DNA from: Planctomycetota bacterium
GTDB taxonomy: Bacteria; Planctomycetota; B15-G4
Assembly: GCA_038212275.1 (NCBI GenBank)
Contig: JBBQUR010000002.1
Location: 160,001-224,000, forward strand
DNA: 64,000 bases
Direction: 5' to 3'
In this document: piece after piece, positions 44,999 to 57,810 of the stretch
How the letters are laid out: each line of letters starts with the position of its first letter
How positions within the stretch are numbered: the first letter of the stretch is position 1
Made by a program: the position numbers and the translations under genes
The notes under the pieces: generated by a model
The model's input: only the letters and a program-made list of their open reading frames with translations
Databases searched by the model: none
Told to the model about the DNA's origin: nothing

Positions 44999-45601
44999 AT
45001 GCCGATGTGTTCACTCGATGCCCCATCGTCCCGCCTTTCGTTCGTCGGCTGCCGGCGAATCGGAAGCGGCGCCCTCGTCGTCGTGCTGACCGTCATGCTG
45101 GCCGCGATGTCCGGATGCGCGAACACGCCGCAGCACGTCGCCCCGCGCGGCGAGGTCTTTCCAAGCGTCACGGGCACGGCGCTCGACGGAACACGGCGCG
45201 CACTCCCCTCCGACCTTGCCGGCAAGCCGGCGGTGCTGCTCATCGGCTACGAGATGGAATCCCAGTTCGATCTCGATCGCTGGATCCTCGGACTGACGCA
45301 GGCGCAGACGCCGGCGCAGATTCTCGAACTGCCGACGATCGCGGGCATGCTTCCCGGATTGTTCGCGGAGCAGATCGATGGCGGCATGCGCCGCGGCATC
45401 CCGGAGGAGGACTGGGGCGGCGTGCTCACGCTGTACGGCGACGACGCCGCGGCGGTGAAGCGTTTCACGGGCGGTTCGGAAGGGCGCAATGGCCGCATCG
45501 TGCTGCTCGATGCGCAGGGTCGCCTCGTCTGGATGCACGACCGCGGCTACTCGGCGGGCAAGCTGCTCGAACTCGATGCGGCCGTGCGCGCGCTGCGCTG
45601 A
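44999..45601 (+). CDS. Putative lipoprotein, thioredoxin-like fold
   Basis: Lipobox-like MSGC. FPSVTGTALDG…LPSDLAGKP…QFDLDRW. Start uncertain. Confidence 0.7.
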   Translation: MPMCSLDAPSSRLSFVGCRRIGSGALVVVLTVMLAAMSGCANTPQHVAPRGEVFPSVTGTALDGTRRALPSDLAGKPAVLLIGYEMESQFDLDRWILGLTQAQTPAQILELPTIAGMLPGLFAEQIDGGMRRGIPEEDWGGVLTLYGDDAAAVKRFTGGSEGRNGRIVLLDAQGRLVWMHDRGYSAGKLLELDAAVRALR

Positions 45602-45846
45602 CGGGCAGCGGCGTGTAAGACGGCACGCGTGACGTGAGTGCCTCCGGTGAAGGAACGCGCCGGATGGCGTGAAGGCTGCAGCGCGCGGCATGAGCGGCCT
45701 TCGTGCGCAATTCACTTCCGTTTCACGACGCGAACATCAGCGTGCCCGAGAGTCCCGCCTTCTCGTGGTCACGTCGCGTCGGGCGGCGTCCGCGAGGAGT
45801 TCCACACCACGAAGTCACCCACGCCGCACGCGGCGACGAAAGGAAG

Positions 45847-47463
45847 ATGATGATGAAGAGGAAGAGTTTCGCGAAGCCCCTCGGGAAGGCGCTGGCCGTC
45901 GGCGCGCTGCTCGGACTGGCCTCGACCGGCGCCTCGGCGCAGGTTTCGACCGAGCTGCCGATGGTGAACACGAACAGCGCCGCGACCGGCAACGGCTGGA
46001 CGGCCACGCCGATCTTCACGGTCGGCGAGACGATCAACAACTACCAGCCGGTCGGCATCATGGACGGCATCTTCGCGTTCAAGCGCTCGGCCGTCACCGC
46101 GACCGTGCTCGTCAACCACGAACTCGGCAGCACGGCCGGCGTTCCCTACACGCTGAGCAACGGCACGCAGCTCACCGGTGCGCGCATCAGCACCTTCTTC
46201 GTGCGCCGCAACGCCACCACCGCAGGCTCCACCGTCGGCCTGCTGCGCGCCAACCTCGCGTACGACACGGTCTACGACCGCGCCGGCGCCATCGTCACCT
46301 CGGCCGCCCAGATCAACGAGCAGAACCTCGCGCTCAAGGGCTTCGACCGCTTCTGCTCGTCGAACGGCGTCCCGAAGGGCGAGCACGGCTTCGAGAACGA
46401 CATCTACTTCGCGGGCGAGGAGAGCGGCAAGCCCTTCCTCCCGCACGGCGGCACGATGTGGGCGCTCGACGTGAAGCACCAGGAACTCTGGGCCGTTCCG
46501 GCGCTGGGCCGCGGCGCCTGGGAAGGCGCCACCGCGCTGGACACCGGCATCCCGGGCACCATCGCGCTCGCGCTGGGCGACGACACTGAGGGTTCCCCCA
46601 CCTACCTGTACATCGGCCAGAAGGGCGCGGCCGGAGACGGCAGCTTCCTCGACCGCAACGGCCTGAAGGTCGGCCAGCTCTTCGCGTGGAAGGCCGACAA
46701 CGGCGACCTGTCCCCGCAGAGCTTCCACGGCGTGGACTCCTTCCGCAGCGGTTCGTACGTCGCGCTGACGGTGCGTGACACCAACCTCGCGGGGCAGCCC
46801 GGCTACGACGCGTTGGGCTACGCCGACAACGACACGCTTGCGGCGCAGGCCGACGCGCTCGGCTGCTTCTCCTTCAGCCGCCCCGAGGACGTGGACACCA
46901 ACCCGCTCGACGGCAGCCAGTTCGTGTTCGCCTCCACCGGCCGCGGCCAGCTCTTCCCCGCGGACAACTGGGGCACGCTTTACGTGAACGACATCGACTT
47001 CTCGGACCTGAGCGCGGACATCGTGATCATCCACGACGCCGACTTCCTGCCCGTGCCCGACGCCGGCATCCGCAGCCCGGACAACGTCGACTGGGCCGGC
47101 AACGGCAGGATCTACGCGATGGAGGACAAGTCCACGAGCCCCGGCTCGCTCTTCGGCGCGGCCACGGGCATCGAGGCTTCGATCTGGCAGATCGATCCGG
47201 TCACGCGCGTGACCACGCGTGTCGCCGAGATCGACCGCTCGGTCGTCGCTCCGGCCGGCACGACGGATGCCGGCGCAGGCGAAATCGGCAACTGGGAATC
47301 GTCCGGCATCCTCGATGTCACGGACAAGTTCGGCACGCAGCCGGGTGAGCGCCTGCTCATCGGCGTCGTGCAGGCGCACGGCATCAAGGACGGCGTCATC
47401 GGCGGCAGCGCCGGACTGGGCGAAGGCGGCCAGCTGTTCTTCCTGTCGAAGGTCGGCAACTGA
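45847..47463 (+). CDS. DUF839 / PhoX-like exported phosphatase
   Basis: VNHE, RFCS, FAGEE, LGRGAWE, RPED, SPDN, WESSGI, VQAH, EGGQL. Signal peptide. Confidence 0.8.
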   Translation: MMMKRKSFAKPLGKALAVGALLGLASTGASAQVSTELPMVNTNSAATGNGWTATPIFTVGETINNYQPVGIMDGIFAFKRSAVTATVLVNHELGSTAGVPYTLSNGTQLTGARISTFFVRRNATTAGSTVGLLRANLAYDTVYDRAGAIVTSAAQINEQNLALKGFDRFCSSNGVPKGEHGFENDIYFAGEESGKPFLPHGGTMWALDVKHQELWAVPALGRGAWEGATALDTGIPGTIALALGDDTEGSPTYLYIGQKGAAGDGSFLDRNGLKVGQLFAWKADNGDLSPQSFHGVDSFRSGSYVALTVRDTNLAGQPGYDALGYADNDTLAAQADALGCFSFSRPEDVDTNPLDGSQFVFASTGRGQLFPADNWGTLYVNDIDFSDLSADIVIIHDADFLPVPDAGIRSPDNVDWAGNGRIYAMEDKSTSPGSLFGAATGIEASIWQIDPVTRVTTRVAEIDRSVVAPAGTTDAGAGEIGNWESSGILDVTDKFGTQPGERLLIGVVQAHGIKDGVIGGSAGLGEGGQLFFLSKVGN

Positions 47464-47515
47464 TCCACCGAGCAAGGGCGGGCGCACAGGCTCCCGCAAC
47501 ACAAGGGATGTTTCT

Positions 47516-47557
47516 GCGGCGGGCGGTTCCCGGAAGGGAGCCGCCCGCCGCGCTTTT
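47516..47557 (+). terminator. Probable Rho-independent terminator
   Basis: Stem gcggcgggcggttccc-ggaa-gggagccgcccgccgc followed by gctttt, downstream of the PhoX-like gene. Confidence 0.7.
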
Positions 47558-47707
47558 CGCACAGGCGAGCTGCGCCATTCGCGACGAGCTCGTCGAGTTC
47601 CCCTGGTGCATGGTCTGCCGAGTGCTGCCCGCGCCCTGTCCCTTCACGGGCTTTCCTGTCACGAGCATCGGGACTCCTGATTGGCGGCCGCCGCATGAGA
47701 AGGCTAG

Positions 47708-50110
<2,403 letters not shown>

Positions 50111-50217
50111 CGAGTCGCGCTGACGAGTCGCGCTGGCGAGACCGGGCGAGAGAGGAGCCGCGCACCTTCGCGCGACACCGCAGACGCAGCGCGGCACGCG
50201 CCCTGCGGACGACGGCC

Positions 50218-51618
50218 TCATCGGCGGTGCTTCTCCGGCTTCTCCGGCTTCTCCGGCTCGTCCGGCTCGTCCGGCTCGCCCGGAGTGCCTTCGACGCGCT
50301 CCTCCGGCGCCAGGAAGCGGGCCGCCTCGCGCACCCGCGCCAGGTCCTCGGGCAGGACGAGCGAGGCTTCCGCCCGTGCGAGCGCCATCCGGCCGTGACG
50401 CCGGGCGGCGGCCTGCACGTCGGCCCGGCCGAGGGAGGCCAGCGCGTGCAGCGACTTCAGCAATCGCAGGGCCACTTCCACGGTCCCGGCCCCGTCGCGG
50501 GCCATGGCGGTGAAGGCATCGTCGAACAGGTCGTGCACCGAGAGTTCCGGCACCTCGACGCGATCGTACTTCGGCGCCTCGTCCGAAGCGGCACCGGCGC
50601 CGTCGTGGCTCGCGACGCGGCGAGGCCCGAGCCACTGCGCAAAGAGCCGCACCTGCGCGGCGAGGATGTCGATGGCCGTGCCCGGGTCGTTGACGGCCGG
50701 CGACAGCGCGCGGCCGGCGATCTGCGACATCACCACGAAGCCGAAGCGCGGGTCGGCGTCGAACTGCCGCTCCTTCCCGATGAGGAAGGCGTCCGCCACG
50801 GGATCGGTGTCGAGCGCGGACTCCGCGCTTCCATCGGCCGGCGGATCGGAGCTCTTGTCGACCCACGCCAGCACGCGCCCGGGGGCGGCAAAGGCGCCCG
50901 GCAGCGCGGCGACCGTCACGCCTCCGCCCGTCTTCTCGGCCCAGCGCTGGAGTTTCTCGACGTCCACGTGCTGCACGTAGCCCACCGTGGGCGCGAGCAC
51001 GGGCTGCTTGCGCTGCCGCACCGACGACACCGGCGCGCCGTGCAGGGTGGGCGCCAGCCGCCGCCGCTCCAGCGCGGCCGACGTCGCGTGCTCGACCTTG
51101 TCGATGGCGGTTGCCATCCGGCCGAGGCGCGCGATGCGATCCACCCAGCGCACGAACGTGAACACGACGATCCCGAACACGACGATGGTCAGCATGAAGA
51201 GCGTGAAGCGCCCCGCGACGCCGAAGTAGTCGTTCTTCAGGGAGGTCAGCGACACGATGCTGAAGATGAAGGCGCCGATGAACGTGGAGAGGGCGTTCTG
51301 CGAGACGTCGTCGGCGACCACCAGAGCGAAGGTACGCGGCGTCGCCGTGCTGCTGGCCGAGGCATAGGCAGAGACCATGGACGCCACCGCAAACGTGGCG
51401 ATCACCAGCATGCTGGTGGCCATGATGGACAGCAGCTCCTCGATCGACTCGGCCGTGACGACCGGCACGACCTCCTTGAGCCCCGTGCCATCCGCGAGCT
51501 TCGCGGTGAAGGCCCCGGCGATGGACAGCAGGCAGATGAACAGCGGCCGCACCCAGAGCCGTTCCCGGAATCGGCTCACGAGGAACCACAAGCGATCTTT
51601 CGACATGAAGGATGACAT
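50218..51618 (-). CDS. DUF2254 family membrane protein
   Basis: ERLWVRP, SASSTATPR, FIGAFIFSI, RALSPAVNDPGTAI. C-terminal 9-nt repeats. Confidence 0.88.
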   Translation of the reverse strand: MSSFMSKDRLWFLVSRFRERLWVRPLFICLLSIAGAFTAKLADGTGLKEVVPVVTAESIEELLSIMATSMLVIATFAVASMVSAYASASSTATPRTFALVVADDVSQNALSTFIGAFIFSIVSLTSLKNDYFGVAGRFTLFMLTIVVFGIVVFTFVRWVDRIARLGRMATAIDKVEHATSAALERRRLAPTLHGAPVSSVRQRKQPVLAPTVGYVQHVDVEKLQRWAEKTGGGVTVAALPGAFAAPGRVLAWVDKSSDPPADGSAESALDTDPVADAFLIGKERQFDADPRFGFVVMSQIAGRALSPAVNDPGTAIDILAAQVRLFAQWLGPRRVASHDGAGAASDEAPKYDRVEVPELSVHDLFDDAFTAMARDGAGTVEVALRLLKSLHALASLGRADVQAAARRHGRMALARAEASLVLPEDLARVREAARFLAPEERVEGTPGEPDEPDEPEKPEKPEKHRR

Positions 51619-51767
51619 CCCGGGCTCCCGTGCGTTGCGAATCGAGACGCCGTCGTCGCGTGCGGCGGATTTTCGCCGAGGCGGAGGCCCTGCGGGAGAA
51701 GGTAGCCTGCCGCGCGACGGCCTGCGCAGCGCCGGCCCGTCATCTCCCCTCCGGTCTCCCGCTCCCC

Positions 51768-52826
51768 ATGACCTTGATCCTCGGCATAGAAAGCTCCTGC
51801 GACGAAACCGCAGCCGCAGTCGTCCGCGACGGCGTGCAGGCGCTCGGCCAGCGCGTCGCCAGCCAGGTGGACCTGCATCGGCGCTTCGGCGGCGTGATCC
51901 CGGAGCTGGCCAGCCGCAGCCACCTCGAGGTCATCCTGCCCGTGATCGAGGACGCGCTCGGCGAGGCGCGCGTCAGCATGCGCGACCTCGACGCGATCGC
52001 GGTCACGGTGACGCCCGGCCTCATCGGCTGCCTGCTCGTCGGACTCTCCGTCGCCAAGGGCCTCTCCATGGCGACGGGCCTGCCGCTCGTGCCGGTGAAC
52101 CACGTGCACGCGCACATCCACGGCGCGCTCATGCCGGCGCTGGAGGCGCGCGCGGCGGCCGGCGAGCGCGGGCCCGATGGCGACAGCCCCGAGCCGGAGT
52201 GGCCGCTCGCGTCGCTCGTCGTGAGCGGCGGACACACCTCGCTGTATGCGAGCCGCGGGCCCGCACGGCACGAGCGCCTAGGCCGCACGCTCGATGACGC
52301 CGCGGGCGAGGCCTACGACAAGGTCGCCGCGCTGCTCGGGCTTTCCTATCCGGGCGGGCCCGTCATCGACCGCCTCGCGCAGCGCGGCAATGCCCGCGCC
52401 TTCGACTTCCCGCGCAGCCGGCCCGCGGGGTTGGACTTCTCTTTCTCGGGCCTCAAGACCGCGGTGCGATTCACCACGCACGGACCCAATGCGCGGCGCG
52501 GCGCGGCCGTGCGTCCCGACCTTCCCGTCGAGGACCTCGCGGCCAGCTTCCAGGCCGCCGTCGTGGACGTGCTCGTCGAGCGGCTCCTTCAATGCGCGGA
52601 GCAGATCGGCGCGCGCGGGCTGCTGGTGTGCGGAGGCGTCGCCGCCAATTCTGCGCTGCGCGCGCGCGCCGCAGAGGCCGCCGCGAGCGCCGGCCTGCCG
52701 CTCTACGTGCCGACGATGGCGCTGGCCACCGACAACGCCGTGATGATCGCAGGCCTCGGCCACTGGCTCTTCCGCGCCGGCGCCGTCGCGGACCTCTCGC
52801 TGGACGTCGCTGCGCGCGCCGACTGA
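51768..52826 (+). CDS. tsaD: tRNA N6-adenosine threonylcarbamoyltransferase
   Basis: LGIESSCDET, GGVIPELASRSH, HVHAH, VSGGHT, DDAAGEAYDK, FSFSGLKT, DNAVMI. Confidence 0.96.
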   Translation: MTLILGIESSCDETAAAVVRDGVQALGQRVASQVDLHRRFGGVIPELASRSHLEVILPVIEDALGEARVSMRDLDAIAVTVTPGLIGCLLVGLSVAKGLSMATGLPLVPVNHVHAHIHGALMPALEARAAAGERGPDGDSPEPEWPLASLVVSGGHTSLYASRGPARHERLGRTLDDAAGEAYDKVAALLGLSYPGGPVIDRLAQRGNARAFDFPRSRPAGLDFSFSGLKTAVRFTTHGPNARRGAAVRPDLPVEDLAASFQAAVVDVLVERLLQCAEQIGARGLLVCGGVAANSALRARAAEAAASAGLPLYVPTMALATDNAVMIAGLGHWLFRAGAVADLSLDVAARAD

Positions 52827-52849
52827 GGACACGCGGCGTCCGCACGCTC

Positions 52850-53476
52850 TCAGGAGCGCCCGACCCTCGCGAGCAGGCTGGACATGTCGTCGGCGTGCTC
52901 CTCTTCCTTGGCCAGGATGCCTTCGAGCAGCCGGCGCGTCGTGATGTCGTCGGCGCCGATGTAGCGGATCATCGCGCCGTAGGACTCGATGGCGATGCGC
53001 TCGGCCACGAGGTTCTCGCGGATCATGTCGACGAGATCGCTGCCTTCCTTGTACTCGGAATGCGAGCGACTGGTCAGCGTGGCGGGCGAGAGGTCGGGCT
53101 CGCCGCCGAGCTGCACGATGCGATCAGCGAGTTGGTCGGCGTGGACCTGCTCCTCCGCGGCGTGCATCGCGAACTCGCTCGCGACCGGCTCCGCGGCGAG
53201 GCCCTGCGCCATGAAGTGGTGGCGCTTGTAGCGCAGCACGCAGACGATCTCGGTCGCCAGCGCCTCATTGAGCAGCTTGATCACCGTGGGAAGGTGCGCG
53301 CCATAGTCCTCGGTGACGGCGCCCTGCTCGATGTGCTTCCGGGCGCGCTCGCGAATGGCCGCGATGTCCGCGACGAACTCGCCCTTGCCGCTCTTCGCGG
53401 ACGGACTGCCGCCTTTCTTGTCGTCCGGGGAAACGCTCGCCTGATCGCCGTCGTGCCTGTGTTTGTGCTTGCTCAT
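52850..53476 (-). CDS. Ferritin-like / Dps-like protein
   Basis: LNEALATEIVCVLRYKRH, EEQVHAD, RIVQLGGEP, LVAERIAI, EEEHADD. Confidence 0.9.
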   Translation of the reverse strand: MSKHKHRHDGDQASVSPDDKKGGSPSAKSGKGEFVADIAAIRERARKHIEQGAVTEDYGAHLPTVIKLLNEALATEIVCVLRYKRHHFMAQGLAAEPVASEFAMHAAEEQVHADQLADRIVQLGGEPDLSPATLTSRSHSEYKEGSDLVDMIRENLVAERIAIESYGAMIRYIGADDITTRRLLEGILAKEEEHADDMSSLLARVGRS

Positions 53477-53563
53477 GCTTCCAGTAACCCGAAGCGCTTG
53501 CGCAGGATGCGGGCGGGATCCGGATGTCGGGGCATCGAGGCGCGCCTTGCGCGTCGCGCCGGT

Positions 53564-54592
53564 TCACTTGTCCAGCGTGGCGACGAACTGCGTGAGGCCG
53601 TCGAGGCGCACGAACTCCAGCAGGAGCTGGTCCTGGCTCACGCGCGCCGACACGAAACCGCCGCCGGTGGAAGCGTAGACCGTGTTCGCGCCGTACTTCA
53701 CGGGCGTGGCATTCTCGACGCCGGAGGCCGCGCCGCTCACGACGAGCAGCGGGCCGCCCGGCTCGTCCAGCAGCTGCATCGAGTGGTCGTGGCCGCAGAA
53801 GTAGACGTCCACGCCGCCGGCCGAGAGCAGCGGCAGCACCTGTTCGATCATCTTCTTGGTGTCGCCGTGCTTGCCGTAGGAGTGGATCGGGTGGTGGCCG
53901 TAGGCGAACTTCCAGCGCGCGGTGGAGGCGGCGAGCGCGTCCTGCAACCACGCGAGCTGCGCGGCGGCGCTTCCGCCGCCCTGCGCGATCGGGTCCGTGT
54001 CCAGCGTGAAGAACTGCACGTCGGTGCCATCGCCGAGCGTGCGCGTGAACGTGGCGTACGGCGCGGACATCGTCCACTGGTCGCTGTGCGAGGTGTAGTC
54101 CACCGCCGCCGACACGCTGCCGAGGTGATCGTGATTGCCGAGCGATGCGTAGAAGGGCACGAGCAGCACGGGTGCCGAGTAGGGCGTCTCGAACTTGCTC
54201 AACCAGTCCGGATCATTCGGCGACGACACGCCGGCCGGGTAGATGTTGTCGCCGGTCGTCAGCACGAAGTCGACGCCGTTGGCCATCGCGTAGAGCCCCA
54301 TCGCCTGGGCGACCATGAACTGGCCGGGCTTGCCCGTGCCCTGGTCGCCGATCACGAAGAAGCGCTCGCTCGGGGCACCGGGCGGCAGAGCCGGAATGAC
54401 CACCGGCGGCAGGTTCTGTTCGAGCGAGGGATCCTTGGGCCCCGAGGCGCCGCCACCGCCACTGCCTCCTCCACCGCCGCCACCGCAGCCCGCGAGCAGG
54501 CCCAGCAGCATGACGCAAGCCAGCACCGCGGGCAGGAGCGAAGAGCCTCGCCACCGCAGCCGGAACTCGCCGGCAGGCCACGCTCGAGGCAT
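53564..54592 (-). CDS. Metallophosphoesterase (purple/tartrate-resistant acid phosphatase-like) lipoprotein
   Basis: GDQG, GDNIY, GNHD, GHHP, GHDH. Lipobox LAGC. Start uncertain (54511-54610). Confidence 0.88.
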   Translation of the reverse strand: MPRAWPAGEFRLRWRGSSLLPAVLACVMLLGLLAGCGGGGGGGSGGGGASGPKDPSLEQNLPPVVIPALPPGAPSERFFVIGDQGTGKPGQFMVAQAMGLYAMANGVDFVLTTGDNIYPAGVSSPNDPDWLSKFETPYSAPVLLVPFYASLGNHDHLGSVSAAVDYTSHSDQWTMSAPYATFTRTLGDGTDVQFFTLDTDPIAQGGGSAAAQLAWLQDALAASTARWKFAYGHHPIHSYGKHGDTKKMIEQVLPLLSAGGVDVYFCGHDHSMQLLDEPGGPLLVVSGAASGVENATPVKYGANTVYASTGGGFVSARVSQDQLLLEFVRLDGLTQFVATLDK

Positions 54593-54907
54593 CGCGGACG
54601 AACTCGGCATGTCGACCAACCTTTCGGACGCCGGCAGGGCAGGAGGATGACCGCGCACGCCGACGACGCGCACAGTGTGCCCCGCAGCGCGGCTTCCGAG
54701 GCATGGCATCGCCGTCACGCACGCTGGTGCCGACCGACACGCGCCGCAGCGCGCTCGCCCCGACCACCCGCCGATGGACGGCCTGCGCCGGGCCGCGCTA
54801 AGATCGGCGCGCTTTGCCCGGGGTCGTCACGAACCGCCGCGGCGAGCCCCGACATCCGCCCGGCGGATGCGGCCGCGACCCGTCCCTCGCCCCGCACGGA
54901 ACCGACC

Positions 54908-56065
54908 ATGGCCACCCCACGCCGGCCCGCCACCTGCCTGCTCGTCTTCGAGGATGGCGACACCTACCGCGGCACGCACTTCGGCTGGCACGGCGAGTCG
55001 TGCGGCGAGGTCGTCTTCAACACCGCAATGTCGGGCTACCAGGAGGTGCTCACCGATCCGTCCTACAAGGGGCAGATCGTGGTGATGACCTACCCGCTGC
55101 AGGGCAACTACGGCATCAACCCGGCGGACTCCGAGTCGCGCGGCTGCTACCTCGCGAGCTTCGTCGTGCGCGAGCTCTCGCCCATCGTCAGCAACCAGCG
55201 CGCCACGCAGGACCTGTCCAGCTATCTGGACGAGCAGAAAATCGTCGGCCTCGCCGGCGTGGACACGCGCGCCATCGTGCTCAAGGTGCGGCAGGTGGGC
55301 AGCATGCGCGCCATCGTCAGCAGCACGGACAGCGACGCGGCCTCGCTGCTGGCCAAGGTGCGCGCCTGGCCGGGCCTCAACGGCCAGGACGTCGTGAAGG
55401 ACGTCTCCTGCGAGAAGCGCTTCGCGTGGACCGAGGGCCTGACCGGCGCCTTCCTGCCCAGGCTGCCCGCGCCCGAGGGCAGCCGTCCGCGCCTTGCGGT
55501 GATGGACTTCGGCATCAAGTGGAACATGCTGCGCGGCCTGCACTCGGTGGGCTTCGACGTGACCGTGTTCCCCGCGAGCACCAGCGCCGCGCAGATCAAG
55601 GAGTTCGCGCCGGACTGCCTTTTCCTGAGCAACGGGCCGGGCGACCCCGAGCCCCTCGGCTACGCGATCTCCGCCATCCGCACGCTGGTGAACGGCGGGC
55701 TGCCCACCTTCGGCATCTGCCTCGGACACCAGCTCGTCGGTCTCGCGCTGGGCGGCAGGACCGTCAAGATGAAGTTCGGCCACCACGGCGCGAACCAGCC
55801 GGTCATGGATCTCACCACGGGCCGCACCGAGATCACCAGCCAGAACCACAGTTACATGGTGGACCCGACCACGCTGGACCTCGGCATGGTGGAGATCACG
55901 CACGAAAACCTGAACGACCGCACGGTCGAGGGCCTGCGCCACAAGGAGCTGCCGCTCTTCACGGTGCAGTACCACCCGGAAGCCGCGCCCGGCCCGCGCG
56001 ACGCCTTCTATCTGTTCAAGCGCTTCCGCGAGATGGTCGCGCAGCAGGGCGCCGCCGCGCGCTGA
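54908..56065 (+). CDS. carA: Carbamoyl-phosphate synthase small subunit
   Basis: GEVVFNTAMSGYQEVLTDPSY, LSNGPGDP, GICLGHQ, SQNH, QYHPEA. Confidence 0.97.
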   Translation: MATPRRPATCLLVFEDGDTYRGTHFGWHGESCGEVVFNTAMSGYQEVLTDPSYKGQIVVMTYPLQGNYGINPADSESRGCYLASFVVRELSPIVSNQRATQDLSSYLDEQKIVGLAGVDTRAIVLKVRQVGSMRAIVSSTDSDAASLLAKVRAWPGLNGQDVVKDVSCEKRFAWTEGLTGAFLPRLPAPEGSRPRLAVMDFGIKWNMLRGLHSVGFDVTVFPASTSAAQIKEFAPDCLFLSNGPGDPEPLGYAISAIRTLVNGGLPTFGICLGHQLVGLALGGRTVKMKFGHHGANQPVMDLTTGRTEITSQNHSYMVDPTTLDLGMVEITHENLNDRTVEGLRHKELPLFTVQYHPEAAPGPRDAFYLFKRFREMVAQQGAAAR

Positions 56066-56084
56066 ACCCGGAGGCGCCGCCGCC

Positions 56085-57547
56085 TCAGTGCACGTAACCC
56101 AGGGCCTGGAGCTCTTCCATCACGTCGGGCGAGAGCTCGGCGGCCGGGGCGTGCGACTCGGTGTCGACCTCGAACACGGCGCGTCGACGCGCGGCGTCGG
56201 CGTCGAACTGCTCGAGCTGCGCCAGCATCGCCTCGGCCCAGGCCGGAAGCTTGCCGCTTGTGACGAGATCCACGCGCTCGCCGGGATCGGCAGCCAGGTC
56301 GAAGGCCGCGGGCGGAAGATGGGCCTTCACGATCACCTGGTGCTCGCCGAGCACCAGCGAGCGCCAGGCCTTCGACTCGCCCGCCACCGACAGCACGGGC
56401 GTGTCGCCGCCGCGACGCGGCGGGAGCAGGCTCGTGCCTTCCATGCTCGGCGGCGCGGGCAGCCCGACGGCCCACAGGATGGTCGGGGCGAGGTCGAGCA
56501 TGGGCAGCGTCCCCGCCACACGCACCGTCGCGGGCAATCCGCCCGGCGGCCGGATGAGCAGTGGCACGTGCAGCTCTTCCTGGAAGAGCTGGCGGTGCGT
56601 CGTGCTGCCGTGCTCGCCGAAGGCCTCGCCGTGGTCGGAGACGATCACGATCCAGCTGTCGTCGAACCAGCCGTTGTGCCGCAGCTCCTCGAAAACGAGC
56701 CCGAGCCGCGGTCGACCTCGCTGATCTCGCCGTCGTAGAGCGCCGCGAGCTAAGTCAGGTCCGACGGCGTGAGGTGATCCATGTCGTCTTCCCAGAAATT
56801 GCTGTGCAGCGCTCCCATGGTGTAGATGAGCTCGGGCTTCTCGAAGGCTTCGCGGAACTTCTCGAGCCGCGTGCGGAACGGGCCCTGAGAGTCCGGGTCG
56901 GTGAAGCGGTCGAACTCCACGGGCGGCACGTAGGGCGAGTGGACGTCGTAGGTGTGCACGAACAGGAAGGTGGGCTCGGCGCAGCCGCGGGCGATCCACT
57001 CGCTCAGCTCGGGCAGCTTGTGCTTGAACGGCTGGAGCCGCGACTCGAAGGTGTCGAAGCCGCGCGCGAAGCCCAGCTCGGGCGTGACGAAGCCACCGTC
57101 CGCCATGCCCAGCGTGCGGTAGCCGGACGCGTGAAGGATCTCCGCCAGCATCGGGATGGACGCGGGCGGCGCGCGCAGCTCGCGATGCTCCAGGGCATGC
57201 ACGGCCGGCGAGACGCCGCTGAGCAGGGTCATGTGCGAGGGCGCCGTGTTGTTGGACGCGGACAGGGCGCGCTCGAAGAGCACGACGCCGCGGGCGAACT
57301 CGTCCAGGTGAGGCGACGTCGGGCGCTCGAAGCCGTAGCAGCCCAGGTGGTCGGCGCGCAGCGTGTCGATGGAGATGAGGACGACGCTGGCGCGCGGCCG
57401 CGGAGCCAGCGGATCGGGCGGCCCGCAGGCACAGACACACGCGGCCAGAAGCAGCGCGCGGGCGCTCGACGCCAGTCGGCCAGCGCCGCGAGCTTCGTGC
57501 GCGCCGCCCACCGCTCCATCACCACCTGTGCCTCTCGACATGCGCAT
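56085..57547 (-). pseudogene. Sulfatase-like hydrolase interrupted by a nonsense codon and a frameshift
   Basis: IDTLRADHLGCYG, TAPSH, HTYDVHSPY, then TAG at 56750, LYDGEI, frameshift near 56705, then SDHGEAFGEHG, HVPL, DLAPT, DPGE. Confidence 0.8.
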
Positions 57548-57810
57548 GTTGCGGCTCAGGATAGGTCGGTCGAAGCATCCGGCCCTTCCCGTGTCCGGCG
57601 ACGGACCGCGGGCTGACTCCCGCGCCTGGCCGGAGCGAGTGCCGGGCCGGAGCACGCGCCGGGACATGCGCTCGCTCAGGCACGTGATCCGGCGCTCGCG
57701 TCGTGGGGATGCGGACACCGGTGTAGACTGCCGGCGTCGCCTCCGCGGTGCTCTCTCCCCACGGCCCCGAAGCCGTCCACCGCCGGACCTCCCGATCCTG
57801 AAGGACCTTC

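Noticed and set aside
52592..54907. Apparent 1157-aa N-terminally extended CarA
   Set aside because: The extension is the antisense of the ferritin-like and phosphatase genes. CarA homology starts at ATG 54908.
56750..56752. Pyrrolysine or other stop-codon readthrough
   Set aside because: A frameshift follows within about 50 nt, and no recoding machinery is visible in the window.
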